The position numbers were made by a program, and so were the translations under genes. This document shows positions 51,285 to 64,000 of a stretch of DNA of 64,000 nucleotides, in pieces; positions within the stretch are counted from its first letter, which is position 1, and each line of letters begins with the position of its first letter. The DNA is from Squalus acanthias (lineage: Eukaryota). The stretch lies in NCBI GenBank assembly GCA_030390025.1, contig CM059431.1, positions 124,870,001-124,934,000 on the forward strand, written 5' to 3'. A model generated the notes under the pieces. That model saw nothing but the letters and a program-made list of their open reading frames with translations, made no database searches and was not told the origin of the DNA.

Positions 51285-51390
51285 CTCGATGATACGCTGG
51301 ATGAATTTGCACAGATTCCCCCTGGCTGCTTGAAATGAACCTGTGATATAAAAATGGAGTGCAGCTATCAACTTCCACGGCCACATGCAG
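51285..51390 (-). pseudogene. Old Harbinger transposase fragment
   Basis: IAALHFYITGSFQAARGNLC matches the ALNFYASGSFQ block. Confidence 0.65.
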
Positions 51391-51404
51391 AGCTTTCTGA
51401 GCAG

Positions 51405-51600
51405 AAACAACAACTTGCATTTATATAGTGCCTTTAATGCAGTAAAACCATCCAAAGTGCTTCAGTGTAATCAGATAAAAATCGACACTGAGCAAAAGAT
51501 GAAGATATTAAGACAGCAGACGAAAAACTTGGTCAAAGAGGTAGGTTTTAAGGAGCATCTTAAAGGATGAAAGAGAGATGGAGAGGTTAAGGATTCCAGA
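51405..51600 (-). mobile_element. L2 3' end fragment
   Basis: The reverse complement is similar to 47830-48048. Confidence 0.75.
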
Positions 51601-52652
51601 GCAAGAACATAGCAATAGATGAAAAAATACATTGTTAAAAATTCAACATACTTGCATTTTAAAGAATGATTGTACAAAGAATCTAAAAAAACATTATGAA
51701 TCTCGACAGCATTTTGTGCGATGGATGCAGTGTGACAATTCAGTAAGCATATAGTCATTTTAGGCAATTACATTTACACAGCCTAAAGAATGTGATTTCA
51801 AAGTACAAAGCTCATATTATGGTTTCATGAAATTTAGAAGATTCCAACTGCAAGCATAATTGCACCACCTACTCAGAAAATATCTTCTCATATTTCTGCT
51901 GGTTGTGTTGTAACTTTCTACAGGGATTATACGTTTGTGGATTGCTTTCTCGATTAAATTCTCAAAAGAAGCATTGAGTTCTGATATGTTTATATTTATT
52001 CATTCTATTACTCGCAGATAGTTTGCAGTGAGGGTTTCAATAAGATTTTTATAAAACAAATTAAATCCAATTTTTGTCAAAGGGGTATTGTTGAAATTTC
52101 TGCTAAGTAACAAGTTAAGGTACAAATGTCAAAGGGTTGGATTCTCCTTTCCCACTGGAAACTTGTTGCGCAGGGCAGGACTTGCATGGGCACACAAGGT
52201 ATCGCTGACAATCCCCGGCGTGTAATCCCTGTAGAAAATTACAACACAACCAGCATTAAATATGAGAAGATATTTCCTGTGTAGGTTGTGTAATTATGCT
52301 TGCAGTTGGAGTCTTCTGGACTCCATGAAACCATAATATGAGCTTTGTAGTTTGAAATCACATTCTTTAGGCTGTGTAAATGTAATTGCCTAAAATGACT
52401 ATATGCTTACTGAATTGTCACACTGAATCCATTGCACAAAATGCTGTCGAGACTCGTAATAAATTTTTTAGATTCTTTGTGCAATCATACTTTAAAATGC
52501 ATGTATGATGAATTTTTAACAATGTATTTTTTCATCTATTGCTATGTTCTTGCTCTGGAATCCTTAACCTCTCCATCTCTCTTTCTTCCTTTAAGATGCT
52601 CCTTAAAACCTATTTCATCACCTGTCTTAATATCTTCTTCTTTGGCTCAGTC
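51487..52652. repeat. Inverted duplication: arms ~51487-51933 and 52219-~52652, spacer ~285 bp
   Basis: The arms are reverse complements over about 0.4 kb (e.g. CAATTCAGTAAGCATATAGTCATTTTAGGCAATTACATTTACACAGCCTAAAGAATGTGATTTCAAA is exact). Confidence 0.93.
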
Positions 52653-52979
52653 TTTAGAGGCTCCCATGGAAATGTTCCAGCCACCCACCTCTCAACCTTC
52701 TGTCACTAATGCAGAATTACATAGAAGCAAAAGGTTAAGAGTATAAGTAAGAAAGCAGGTACACTGGATAGACATGGTGGTAGGAAGTAGAAGTAGTCTG
52801 AGATGACTTATTGACATCAGGAAAACATTAATTTGCTAGCCAAAGTGTGTGATTGTGTGCAGTTAGTATTGGTTCATGCAAATGCAAATTAGATAGATTT
52901 CTTTCATGAAAATAACATTTTGGTCGATGGTATATGAAAAATTTGAGACAAGACAGGGTGTTAAATTGGGTCACGTAGC

Positions 52980-54020
52980 AGGAAGCCATATCTGTGGAGG
53001 ACTTCAGGGAACAAATCTCTTACCTCAACTTCAGCGAGGACCAATGCATGAGGCATCTTCAGTTCACAAAGAAGGTTGTGACTGGAATCTGTCAACTGCT
53101 GCAGCCACAACTGCAGCCTCAAAACAGGGCAAGGACAGCATTGCCTGTGGCTGTCAAGGTGTCCATTGCTCTTAATTTTTATGCCTCTGGCTCCTTTCAG
53201 GCTGATGCTAGAGATATAAACAACATCTTGCAGTTTGCAGTGCACTGCTGTATAAGGGAGATGACTGAGGCTCTTTATACAATGAGAAACACGTACATCT
53301 CATTCCTTCTTGCCAAAGACAAGCAGGAGGAGTGAGCATGAGGTTTGCCCAGGTTGTAGGCTTCCCCATGGTGCATGGTGCCATTGAGTGCATGCACATT
53401 GCCTTGCATGCTCCTTACCTGAACTAGGACATATTCATAAAAAAAAAGGGATTCCACTCCGTCAATGTGCAGTTGGTGTGTGACCTCAGGCATCACGTCA
53501 TGCAGGTGAATGCCCACTATCCAGGCAGCAGTCACGATTCCTTCACTCTGTGGCATTCCTCTGTTACACCTGTATTTGAACCACCATGGCTAGTCGAAGG
53601 CTGGTTACTAGGCAAAAAAGGTTATCCCCTCATGACATGGCTCATGACTCTGGTCAGGATCTTGCACACACCTATACAGCAGACCTGCAATGAGAGCCAT
53701 CCTGCCACAAGGAACATTATAGAATCAACCATCAGTGTCCTCAAGCAATGATTCCGCTGCCTGGACCGCTCAGGAGAATCCCTGCAGTAGTCAGCTGAGT
53801 GTGTATCGAGATTTGTGGTAAAATGCTGCAATTGGACAACATGGTCATTAAAAGGGAACAGCCCTTGACACCACATAACAGGCGAGCAGCTGAACAGCAG
53901 GAGCATGAGGAGGAGGAGAAGGAAATGCAAGAGGAAGTGGAGCAAGAGGAAGGGAGGCTACAACATAGACAGCCCTTTTCTGCCAGGGCTCCACGTGATC
54001 AGACTATTCATGAGCGATAA
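52980..54020 (+). pseudogene. Harbinger E transposase
   Basis: FREQISYLNFSEDQC, ALNFYASGSFQ, YPGSSHDSF, WLLGKKGYP, IIESTI; several stops and the first two catalytic Asp substituted. Confidence 0.92.
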
Positions 54021-54218
54021 CCTCAACTACACCTCCCCATTCACCAACAATCCAACATTCCTGACCACTCCTTTCTCACTGACCATCACATTGTCCTCTT
54101 TCTGACAAACCTTATTGGTTCCTCCCTCAGTTCACCATGGAAATAAAAATAACACCAAAATGCAAAGTCAAATCAAAATTTATCAATTCAATCACTAAAT
54201 AACACATACAAAATGAAA

Positions 54219-56042
54219 CTAATCACCCTTGTGCATTCCCTTAGTGCTTATCTTCCATGTGTCTTTACCTTTCCTATTGCTCCTACGAGGTACTTCCCCA
54301 ATGGCTAGAGCATGGGTGGTGGAAGGCTGCTGACCTTCAATTGAGGAGACTGCAGATGGCCTTGGAGGATAACCTCAAACAGCTCTGAACCTAGAAGGCC
54401 CAGCATCAGACTGCACCATCTCAGGCTGGGCTGCATCAGTCTGGGCCAGCTGCCTGACAGGCAACAGCAGAGTGGCAGGGGTGGGAGCAGAAATTATCCT
54501 GAGAGAGGATAGCAGGTTCCTGTTCCGTGGAGACACTGCCACTCTCTTAGGGCGGTGTCTCAGCAATGCTACTGATCTGTTGTAGAATAGATAGCTGCAC
54601 TGTTGTGATGCCCTGGAAGCCTCTTTCCACAGTAGTGCCCAGAGCCATAAAGGCAGCAGTCCAAGCTTCCAAGGCAGCAGACAGAGCATTGATGGAAGCT
54701 GTTTGTGCTGCAATGAAGCTGCAACAGTGGCCTTCAGATGCTGCATCATGGTGGGTTCCATAGATGTGCTGATGTTGGAATGAATGGGCTCCAAGCTCTG
54801 TGCAAAGCCGTGCGCCAAGTTGGAGGTGGACTCCTCCACGCTCCTTGCCATTGTGCGCAGGCTTTCTGCAGGCTTTCCAGTGCACCAAGCATTTGAGTGT
54901 GTATACCCATCAGCCTTCTTCTGTAGCCTGGGCCATTGAAGTCTTCATCTGACTCCCCTGCAACAGAACTAGTGGGCGACCTGGCCCTCTGGTAAGTTGG
55001 CACCTGCGGTGTCCTTTCCCCCAGTCCTGGCTCCTGTGCACTTGTGCCCGGTGTCTCACCACATGCAGATCCACCTCTATCCTAGCCTCTAATGTATGTA
55101 CAGTGTCCATCTCTGAGCTGGTGGCTGTAAGTGTAAGATCAAGTGACAGTGTTTCTTCATCATCACTGTCTTCTTCCTCTTCCTCCTCTGACTGGAAAGG
55201 TTCCAGTTCTTGGGTATGTGAAATGAAAAAGGGACACGGTATGGTGAGGGGAAAGTAGAAAGTAAGAAGTGCGTGCTTACACCATCTGCAGCTTGTGAGT
55301 CAGAAGAGATTGTGGGATGAGGAAGAAGTGGGAAGAGAGAAGTAGGATTAGGAATGCAGAGACCATCAACATCGATCCCTCCAGCACCACCAGTGGCCCC
55401 AGCCTCAGCGATGCAGCTTCCCATGATAGCCAGCACTGTCTCTTCTATGAGAATAAAAATGTGCAGGCATGCTTGTCCTCCTCCAGTTTCTTGCTGCTGC
55501 CTCCAGTTATGTGCCACCTTCTCCTACAAGAAAGAAGGAAGTGTGTCGGTGAGTGTCCTGCAATATGTTTGGGTGATGTGGCTGTTATGGTTGCATAGCT
55601 GCCAGTATGAGTGTGCTGTGAGTTGTGGGTGCAAGGCTTGCAACAGTACTAAATGTAAGGGTGAGGTGTACCATATGAATTTAAGAGTTGAGTATTGATT
55701 GATAGAAATTGTTGGTAGGTGGTTGTAGTTTATTGAGCAGTGGATGAGGCTAGTGGTGCAGTTGGTAGGATATGCCATTTGAAGATTGAACGTACTCACC
55801 TTGACAACTCGTGTCAGATCATTAAACTTCTTTGAACACTGCATCCATGTTCTTGGAGCTATACTCCTGGCATTGACCTCTGCCTCTACTTACTCCCACT
55901 GCCTCCTGAGCATATGTCTCGAGGGCCTCCTGCCCCCCCCCCTCCCCCGCAGATGTCTTTCCTTGTCTCCATGTCTTGCACCAAGCCCTCTAGTGCAGCA
56001 TCAAAAAATCTTGGTGCACGCTTCCTTGCAAGTTGAGCCAGC
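54219..56042 (-). pseudogene. Harbinger E Myb/SANT-like gene, 3 exons (56042-55800, 55523-55364, ~55217-54219)
   Basis: RKRAPRFFDAALEGLVQ; QCSKKFNDLTRVVK|GTGAGT; exon 2 AHNWRQQQETGGG; exon 3 homologous to that of B. Confidence 0.87.
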
Positions 56043-56991
56043 TTGACAGAATTCTTCCAAATAAATTCACTTCCTGACACCACTTCCAGCAGCCACAATG
56101 CACCTCTCCTTTAAGAGGTGCAGGCTACCTTTAAGTAGCACTAACCACTCGCAATATCGGGCCCCCTGCTGATGCATGCAGCCAATGCAAGCAGGAATCA
56201 TAGAAATCAGTTGGTAGGATGAATTTAACGTGCTTCCTGCAATGGAATGAAAGGGTGCGAGTTAATCGCGTACCGCGATCCTCACGCCTGTTTTCGGTGT
56301 AATCCAATTTAACCCATGACATATGATAAGTGCAGCATGCTTGGGAGGAAAGGTGACTTTAGACCTATGGTTACCAAAGCTCTCCACCAATGGGGTTTTC
56401 CTCATGTCATGTTTGGGTCTGTTGTAGACTAATTGATTGCTATAATTAGGCAGGGCTCCATTATTTGAAACGTATAATTGGGCAACATGCAGCAGGCAGC
56501 AATATTTCTCAAAGGTCTTTTCAGACTGTAATGCAGGGATTCTCCATATCTATTGAGGCATCTAAAACGGAAATTTAACATGCCAGCTTGCTCTTTACAA
56601 TTTGGGTGAAGACTAGTGCCTTATTATAACTGTTCTCTCTTGCAGCGGTTGGATGTCAGAGACATGTCATCAACTGGGGCTACAAGGAATACAGTGCTCT
56701 TGGCTGATTAATTGGGATATAGTTGATGTGAGAAATACAAATGCATCATGTAGCTTTCTGGGTAACAAGCATTCACACGCAAAATGATGGAATGGTCATG
56801 ATACACTCGCTGCACATTAATAGAATGATACCTCTTTCGGTTGATGAAACTTTAGGGGTTCTCAAAAGCAGATGAGCTCCATCGGTCACACTCTGAACCT
56901 GGAGGAATCCTCCTGTTCAATGAAAGCTCATTGCTTGGCAGGGTCTATAGAGAAATATATAAATTGATGCTGTGGTAAACTGCAGATGAAC

Positions 56992-58575
56992 TTCTTCTCT
57001 CTTAGGCAGTCCCTCGGAACCGAGGATGACTTGCTTCCACACTAGGAATGTGTTCTCAGGTGACTGATGAGTCCAATGCGGGACCTACAGCCTCTGTCAC
57101 AGGTGGGGCAGACGGTGGTTGAAAGGGTGGGTGGGTGGGCTTCTTGGGTTGACGTGCGCTCCTTCCGCTGTTTGCGCTTGGCTTGCGCTTGCTCCCGGCG
57201 AAGAGACTCGAGCTGTTTGGCGCCTTCCCAGATGCTTCTCCTCCACTTTGTGCGGTCTTGGGGCCGGGATTCCCAGATGTCAGTGGGGATGTTGCACTTT
57301 TTCAAGGAGGCTTTGAGGATGTCCTTGAAGCATTTCCTCTGCCCACCTGGGGCTCTCTTGCCGTGTCAGAGCTCCGAGTAGAGTGCTTGCTTTGGGAGTC
57401 TCGTATCAGGCATGCGGACGATGTGGCCCATCCATCGGAGCTGATCGAGCGTGGTCAAAGCTTCGATGCTGGGGATGTTGGCCTGAGCGAGAACACTGAC
57501 GTTGGTATGCCTATCCTGCCAATGGATTTGCAGGATCTTGCGGAGGCAGCATTGGTGGTACCTCTCCAGTGCTTTGAGGTGCCTGCTGTACATGGTCCAT
57601 GTCTCTGAAGCATACAGGAGGGCAGGTATCTGTAGACCATGAGCTTGGTGCTAGGTTTGAGGTCCTGGACTTCAAACACTCTCTTCCTCAGGCAACCGAA
57701 GGCTGCACTGGCACACTGAAAGCGGTATTGGACTTCGTCATCGACGTCTGCCCTTGTTGACAGTAGGCTCCAGAGGTATGGAAAGTGGTCCACGGTTGTC
57801 CAAGGCCTCGTCATGGATTTAGATAATCGGGGAACAGTGCTGTGTGGCGGGGGCAGGTTGGTAGAGGACCTTTGTCTTACGGATGTTTAGTGTATGGCCC
57901 ATGCTCTTGTATGCTTCAGTGAAGGTGTTGACGATAGTTTGGAGTTCGACCTCAGAGTGTGCGCAGACGCAAGCGTTGTCTGCATACTGTAATTCGATGA
58001 CAGAGGATGGGACGACCTTGGATCTGGACTGGAGGCGACGGAGGTTGAACAGTTTCCCGTTTGTTCTGTAGATTAGCTCCACTCCAGCGGGGAGCTTACT
58101 GAGGGTAAGATGGAGCATTGCAGCCAGGAAGATCGAGAAGAGCATTGGTGCGATGACACAGCCTTGCTTGACCCCAGTCCGTACGTGAACTGGGTCTGTG
58201 GTGGATCCGTTGGTCAGGATCACGGCTTGCATGTCATCGTGAAGCAGGCGGAGGATGGTAACAAACTTTTGAGAGCAGCCGAATTTGAGGAGGACACTCC
58301 ATAATCCCTCACGGTTGACAGTGTCGAAGGTATTTGTGAGGTCAAAGAAGGCCATGTACAGTGGTTGGTGCTGTTCCCTGCATTTCTCTTGTAATTGACG
58401 TGTGGTGAAGATCATGTCCATTGTGCCCCTTAGTGGGTGGAAGCCATATTGCGACTCTGGGAGGAGCTCTTCAGCCACTGGGAGAAGGCGTTTGAGGAGG
58501 ATTCTTGCGATGACTTTCCCTGTGACAGACAGCAGGGAGACTCCTCTGTAATTACCGCAATCGGACTTGTCACCT
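56992..58575 (-). mobile_element. RTE-clade LINE, 5'-truncated
   Basis: LPESQYGF..RGTMDMIF..RQLQEKCREQ, GVKQGC, QYADNA, C-terminal CPTC..C..H..H finger, short 3' UTR and (AGA)n-like tail. Confidence 0.92.
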
Positions 58576-59357
58576 GCTGGCTTTACTTACATGACTGAGG
58601 TTACCCAAGGCTACCTGGAATGACCTGGTGATATTAAAATTCAGGGCTGTGGCCACTATTACAAGGCTACAAAACTAGTAGAGTTGGGCTGGAAGACTGC
58701 ATCCAGCATCTGGAATAACTCACCGGGGGTGGGGGGCGGCCGGGGGGGAGCAGAATGCTGTCTTCTAAAACATTGCCTTGTCGAAAAATCAAGGTTGTTT
58801 TCTGAGGTTAATAAAACTTATGGAGTGGATATCAATAGGTATGTTAAAGTTGGCTTTTGTGTTGTAGTACCCTTCTTATTTCCATTCTCTCCTCTTGTCT
58901 ACATCACCCTCTTCCTCATAACACAGGAACAAGGGTATTTCCATAGGAAAATTCATTCCTTGCCCCAAAATGTTTTTTTTACTCATGGTAAAGTTCAGGG
59001 GCTAGAAATTCATTATAGCCAAGGAATGGGTGGTGTCAGTGGAAAAGTAGGAGAATTAGCGCTAGCCGCAAATCTTTTAGATGGCACGAAAAATTTGTGC
59101 TCGCTGCTTAATAAAATGATTGGAGTCTGAAATGAAGTCTGAAACCCCAAGCACATTGGTGTTACACTTAACGGGTGGACCAATATCGGGTGCTGTCGAA
59201 TCGCAACTCATCATTGCCACGGGCTTTTATCACTACTTAAAGGGGAGGTTCATTAAAGCTGCAGCACATCATTCTCACCATTGCTGGCTGTGCAGCTGCC
59301 TCAGCAAGGAGAAACAGAACAAGGAAAAGGTGCCGGAGGACTGAAACAGGTGTGCTC

Positions 59358-62300
59358 ATGGCAGGTCCACGCTCCAGGGAGAGAGCCCGCAGATTCTGCG
59401 ATGAATCATTGGAGGCGTTGGTCTTCACTGAAGAGAGATGGAGGGCAGTGCTGTACCCAGAAAGTGGCAGGAGGCCCTCGCCACAAGTATTCCACACCAT
59501 GTGGAGGGAGGTTGCGCAGCACGTCTCGGGCAGCACTGTGGTCCCCAGGACCCACACACAGTGCAGGAAGAAATTTAACGATCTCACTCGGGTGGTCAGG
59601 GTGAGTCAATGCTTCAACAAATGCTACATACCACCATCTGAACCACAGTCTGCACACACTGCCCAAAGCACCACACCCCCAGCACTCACCCACCAACAAT
59701 CTCTACCTACCAACACTCACACCCACATCTCACACCTTGCATACAATGACAGGCACATCACCCAAACACATTGCTCCACACTCACTCACACACTTTCCTT
59801 TCTCTTGTAGGCCAAGGTGCTCACAACAGGAGGAAGCAGGAGCGCACAGGCGGGGGACAAGCCGACACCCAACCACTGTCTGCGCTGGAGAATCGAGTGC
59901 TGCAGATTATTGAGCGCCAGGTGGTGGGCGCTATGGCCACTGGCGATGTTGACCCCCTTGGGGACAACAACGGTATGTTCATCCCGACTCCTTCTTCTCA
60001 CATCCCACTTTGCCCTCACCCCACAAGTGTTTTGTACTTTCCAGCTAATCGTGCTGTATGCATGCATTTCTCCCTCCCTGCCCCCTCTCCTCACCTTAAG
60101 CCGAATCTTGCACTTTAATGCTTTCAGATAATGAGCAAGCACCTGAGCAACCTGTCCCTGAGGGCACGGTAGAGAGCGAGGCGGGAGAAGAGGAGGAAGA
60201 AGAACACACTGCGTCACTGCATCTCTCACCCACAGACACCAGCTCAGGTATTGATACCACGTGTTCTATAGAGGCTAGTACAGTAGCAGGATCGGCACAG
60301 GGTGATGCACCAGGGACGAGCGGCCTGCAGCAAGGCCAGGGGGATAGGGTAGCTCGGGGGCCAGCTCCCCGGAGGGCGAGTTCACGCGTGAGTTCTGCTG
60401 CACAGGACTCAGATGATGACCTCGATGGGGAGGCATTTAGCTGAAGGGAGATGGGCATGCACACGGAGATGATAGATGCAATGGCAAAGGTGTCTGAGAG
60501 CCTCTCAGCAATGGTAAGGAGCGTGGAGGTGTCCGCCTTCAACATTGCACAAGGCTGTGAGCACACCATGGAGCCCAACATTTCCATTCTGCAAAGGATG
60601 GTAGACTCCCAGAGAGACCGTGGCGACCCAGACCTGATGCCGCGTGCGATGGACGATCTGGCAGCTTTCATTGCAGCACAGGCAGAAGCGACGCAATGTC
60701 TTAGTGCTGTAATGGAGTCTATGCTTGGTGGCATTCAATGGCAGACTGCTCTCATGCAGTCTCAGCTTGATGCCATGAAATCTCTGAGTGCTGCCATTGT
60801 GGCTGGGTCTACCACCATTGACCAGGGCTTTCACGGTGTTGCAGCAGGCCTGCAATCTGTGCTCCAACAGATTGCTCGGGATGCTGAGGTTCTGTCCCAG
60901 GGGAGTGGCAGTGGGTCAATGGAGCAGGAACTTGCTGTCTGCTGTCACGATGACAGCATTTCTGTTCCCACCACTGCCACTCCGCCATTGTCCTTGTCGC
61001 TGCCTGTCATCCAGCTAGCCCAGACTGCTGCCTCCCATGCTAAGATGGTGCAGTCTAGAGCCAGACCTTCCAGGTCCAGAGCTGGTCGAGGACATTCTGC
61101 GAGGCCATCTGAAGTCTCCCACTGTAAGGGGTTTTGTGTCGTGCTTGTATCGCAGACGGTGCTGGTGCGGGGTTAGGCCTTCGTTGCCTAATACTATTGC
61201 TTGCTCTGGTCTCCGGCCAGCCTTGTTGCAATAAGCACCCGTGAGTGGTTCGACCCACTCACCCTTACGGTTCTAACACTGGACTTAGGTGCGAGAGCAG
61301 TAATGCAGAGAAAAACTCAAATAGACCCGGTTGAATAGTACGAAATGGAAAGCTTTATTGCATAGCATCCAAGATCATGAAGTACATGTCATAGGCGCAA
61401 ATTAACGAGAGTACAAGTATACATACATTCATAAAGCTTGGTCTATGGTAATGAAGAACGCAGGGCACATCGTAAAAAGGGGAACACATGATACTTTATC
61501 CTTAATAAAACCACCCTCCCTTATCAATACCTACACTACATCTAGATTTGTAGGATCGGGAAACATGCTCACCACTCGTGATACTTCGGAGAATTTTAAA
61601 GTGAGGCACTCGGCTCGTTCGCTGCAGCGCCTGACTGTCACGTGTTTGGAGGGGTCTCTGTACCCCACTTGTTTATCTTCGCTGCTGCTGCAAGCAGGCT
61701 GGGCTCCCCATTGTCATGAAGAACTCGACAGTGCTCGGGCCCGGTTGTAGAACTCAAAGAAAAGTCTTCCTGGACCGACACCAGTTGCCGGTAGAATTCA
61801 AAGAAGTGTTTTCCTGTATCGACACCAGTTGTCGATAAAATTCGAGGAAGAGTCTATGACCAGTTCGTGCAGTAACTGATAGAGTTCGTATAAATTCGGC
61901 GCGGTCGGGGTATACTGACCGCGGCGGCACGTGGATTCTTCTTCTTCTCTTCTCATCTCGTCTCGTCTCTTCGGGCCTTCGGGTCCAAAACACCGTTTAC
62001 CGACACTCGGGATGGTGCACCCGGTTACTCGCCCTTCGTCGAGGCGGCTCGTCCCGATTGAGCTCCACCCAACATTCGAATAACCGTCCAGTGCGGCTAA
62101 AAGTCCAGAGTCAACAGTCCAGAGAAACAAGAGCACGAATCAAGCGAATAAGAGTCGAATCAAGAGCATCAGCCGAGATAAGAGAAAAATAAGAGCGATG
62201 CCAGCGAATAAGAGACCGATGGACATTTGTTGTCTATAGTTATAGTGCTGTGTTCCCTTATCTCCCACCCAAATCTTAATGTTTGTCCTTTGTGAAATAT

Positions 62301-62961
62301 TGGCGCTCAAAACTCCCAGCATGGGGTAATTCTTGTCTTTAACGGGTTTCGGTAGCACCTGAGACTGGCCAACTACCCGTTAATGTTTTCCCCATTGTTG
62401 AACCGGCTCGGAGCCTCCCTGGTTGGGTTTTGGGGGCCTCCGAATACTTGTTTAATCACCCGAAAATGGCTCTCTCATTGTAGAGCCGTGGGGGTATTTG
62501 CGTGTTGATGTGTCTGGATGGGCCTTCGATTGCCCAGTACAATGGTCCTTACTTGTGCATGGAAAACGATTCCAGCACTCATATCTTTTCCTATTGTCAC
62601 AAATGCAAACAGGTTGCATCCTGTCTTTATCAGTGCTTATCGAAAATGTTTATTCGAACGCCATCTTGTCTGCCCACTGTACTTCTGGAAACTTCTGCCA
62701 CGATGCGCGGCGGCCATTTTACAGGCTTCTGTGTCCTGTTTAATCATGACAGCATTTTGTTTAAATAAACTGATCAAACGAATCTGCTTCTATCTCGTTA
62801 TTTCGAATTGCGATAATTGCGAAACTTTACACCACACAGACACTCAGCAGCCTTCCACCCGCCATGCTGCAGCCTTTGGGCCAACACTTTGTAGGAGCAC
62901 TAGAGCAGGAAAAGGCACAGTAACGACAGGCACTAAGGGATTGCAAAAGGGTGAAAAGTAA
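59358..62961 (+). pseudogene. Harbinger F Myb/SANT-like gene, exons 59358-59600, 59811-59972 and 60128-62961 (exon 3 split by the LTR)
   Basis: Intact 81-codon exon 1 (MAGPRSRERARRF...QCRKKFNDLTRVVR|GTGAGT) with canonical GT/AG at all four sites; 1-nt deletion in exon 2 and a stop in exon 3. Confidence 0.9.
61123..62831 (-). mobile_element. Solo LTR 2 (1709 bp)
   Basis: TGTAA...TTACA termini and exact TSD CCAC. The reverse complement shares blocks with LTR 1 (GCCTGTAAAATGGCCGCCGC, GCAGACAAGATGGCGTTC, CCCGACCGCGCC, TCACGAGTGGTGAGCATG, GCAATAAAG). Confidence 0.92.
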
Positions 62962-63118
62962 ATATTTTTGGTGTAAATATGTGTCCATTACTTTTTGATA
63001 AATTTATTACTTCACTTATCATTCTTTTGTGGTATCTCTAATTTCAGCTTTGCGCTGTGATATGGGCTGTGAGAGGGATGGAATGATAGGGATGTGGTGA
63101 GCTAAGGGGATCTGGGGT

Positions 63119-63397
63119 TTAAGTCATCCTGGTGTGAGGCTGGAGTTCTGTTTGGTGAAGGTGGCAGAGTTCTGTGACCACCTCCTTGTTGAAGTGGAGC
63201 TGTCTAATACACAGCTTCTCAATTACTTGAAGGTAGGAGAAGTGCTCTTGGAATACCCTCAGAGGGTAAGGCCTCCTGGTGAGAGTCCCAATGTCCCTCC
63301 TCATCTCCCTGTGCACACGTTCCCATATTTCTCGCTGCCTACACTACCTCCGCCATAGATCCTGGAGGGCAAGGTGGCATGCCAATACAGCCGCCAT
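63119..63397 (-). pseudogene. Harbinger F transposase N-terminal remnant
   Basis: RRPYPLRVFQEHFSYL...LHFNKEVVTELCHL; everything downstream, including the DDE core, is absent. Confidence 0.8.
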
Positions 63398-64000
63398 TAA
63401 TGTTACCAAGTGTAGCAGTTTGAATCTTTGAACAATAAATGTAGCTACTTTTTAGTTGCCAGAAGATTCCTGATACAAAAGAAACTTGAAATTACTGAAT
63501 GAAACTGTTGCAGTGGGTGAAACTAACAAAAAAGCAATGAAACTGCACTAATTGATAGCGGCAAGTGATTACTGATGATCCCTTTAAATGACATCCCTGG
63601 AGATGGCTTCCTGGTTCTCCCTGTCGGTGTGTACTCCAGGTGGTGAGGTAAGTGACGAGAATCAACTTTGCAAATTGGGCAGTCAGTGAGCGTTACACAC
63701 TCACTGATGTCACGATCTAGCTGGTGTTGACGTTCCCGGCGATACCTCTTACCGGTGGCACTACGGGGGTGCCGGATTTGGTGTGCAGCGCTGTATTCGC
63801 CTCGCCCCGTGACACTGATCTAGCGCCCCATAAGCGCCATCTAATTGCACTAACAGGAGGCGCTAAGGGGTTGAATTTTTCCCCCCGAACTATTATATTG
63901 CCTAAATGGAAATCATGGGGGCCGATTTTATTAATGGGGGAGCGTTGGAGGCGGGACTGCTGCTTGGCAGGGTCGATGTCCTGCCTCCATCGATTTGTGG

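Larger units (their letters stand above)
52958..56315. mobile_element. Harbinger transposon E (close relative of B, opposite orientation, transposase 5' region deleted)
   Basis: Ends GTGTTAAATTGG / CCAATTTAACCC. About 20 bp after the left TIR the sequence jumps into transposase coding sequence. Confidence 0.88.
58999..63885. mobile_element. Harbinger transposon F (Myb gene retained, transposase mostly deleted, hosts solo LTR 2)
   Basis: Ends GGGCTAGAAATTCA / TGAATTTTTCCCCC; convergent gene pair; TSD not clean. Confidence 0.82.

Noticed and set aside
61754..62136. Protein encoded inside the LTR (PRSVYPDRA motif)
   Set aside because: The nucleotide block is conserved in LTR 1 but the reading frame, start and length are not; better explained as a cis element.
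24561..62831. The two LTRs as ends of one provirus
   Set aside because: Opposite orientation, different TSDs, clear divergence and 35 kb of unrelated sequence between them.

Overview
This is not a prokaryotic window. It is about 64 kb of repeat-dense eukaryotic intronic or intergenic DNA with no host exon I can support. The repeat mix (CR1 and L2 LINEs, RTE, Penelope-like elements, a Deu-domain tRNA-SINE, abundant PIF/Harbinger) suggests a cartilaginous fish; that is an inference. Contents: (1) five decayed two-gene Harbinger transposons (DDE transposase plus a convergent 3-exon Myb/SANT-like gene), one nested in another with a clean 3-bp TSD; (2) several GC-rich non-autonomous Harbinger elements (MITEs) with 12-bp TIRs and 3-bp TSDs; (3) one full-length CR1 with a 46-bp monomer array at its 5' end, plus truncated CR1, L2 and RTE copies; (4) a Penelope-like RT/GIY-YIG element and two minimal hammerhead ribozyme motifs; (5) two related solo LTRs of about 1.7 kb with 4-bp TSDs and an apparently very long R region; (6) an inverted duplication with arms of about 0.4 kb, and two further minisatellites. 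No intact protein-coding gene is evident; the TE ORFs are broken by stops, frameshifts, deletions or truncation. Family names come from motif recognition, not database searches, and identities are by-eye estimates.
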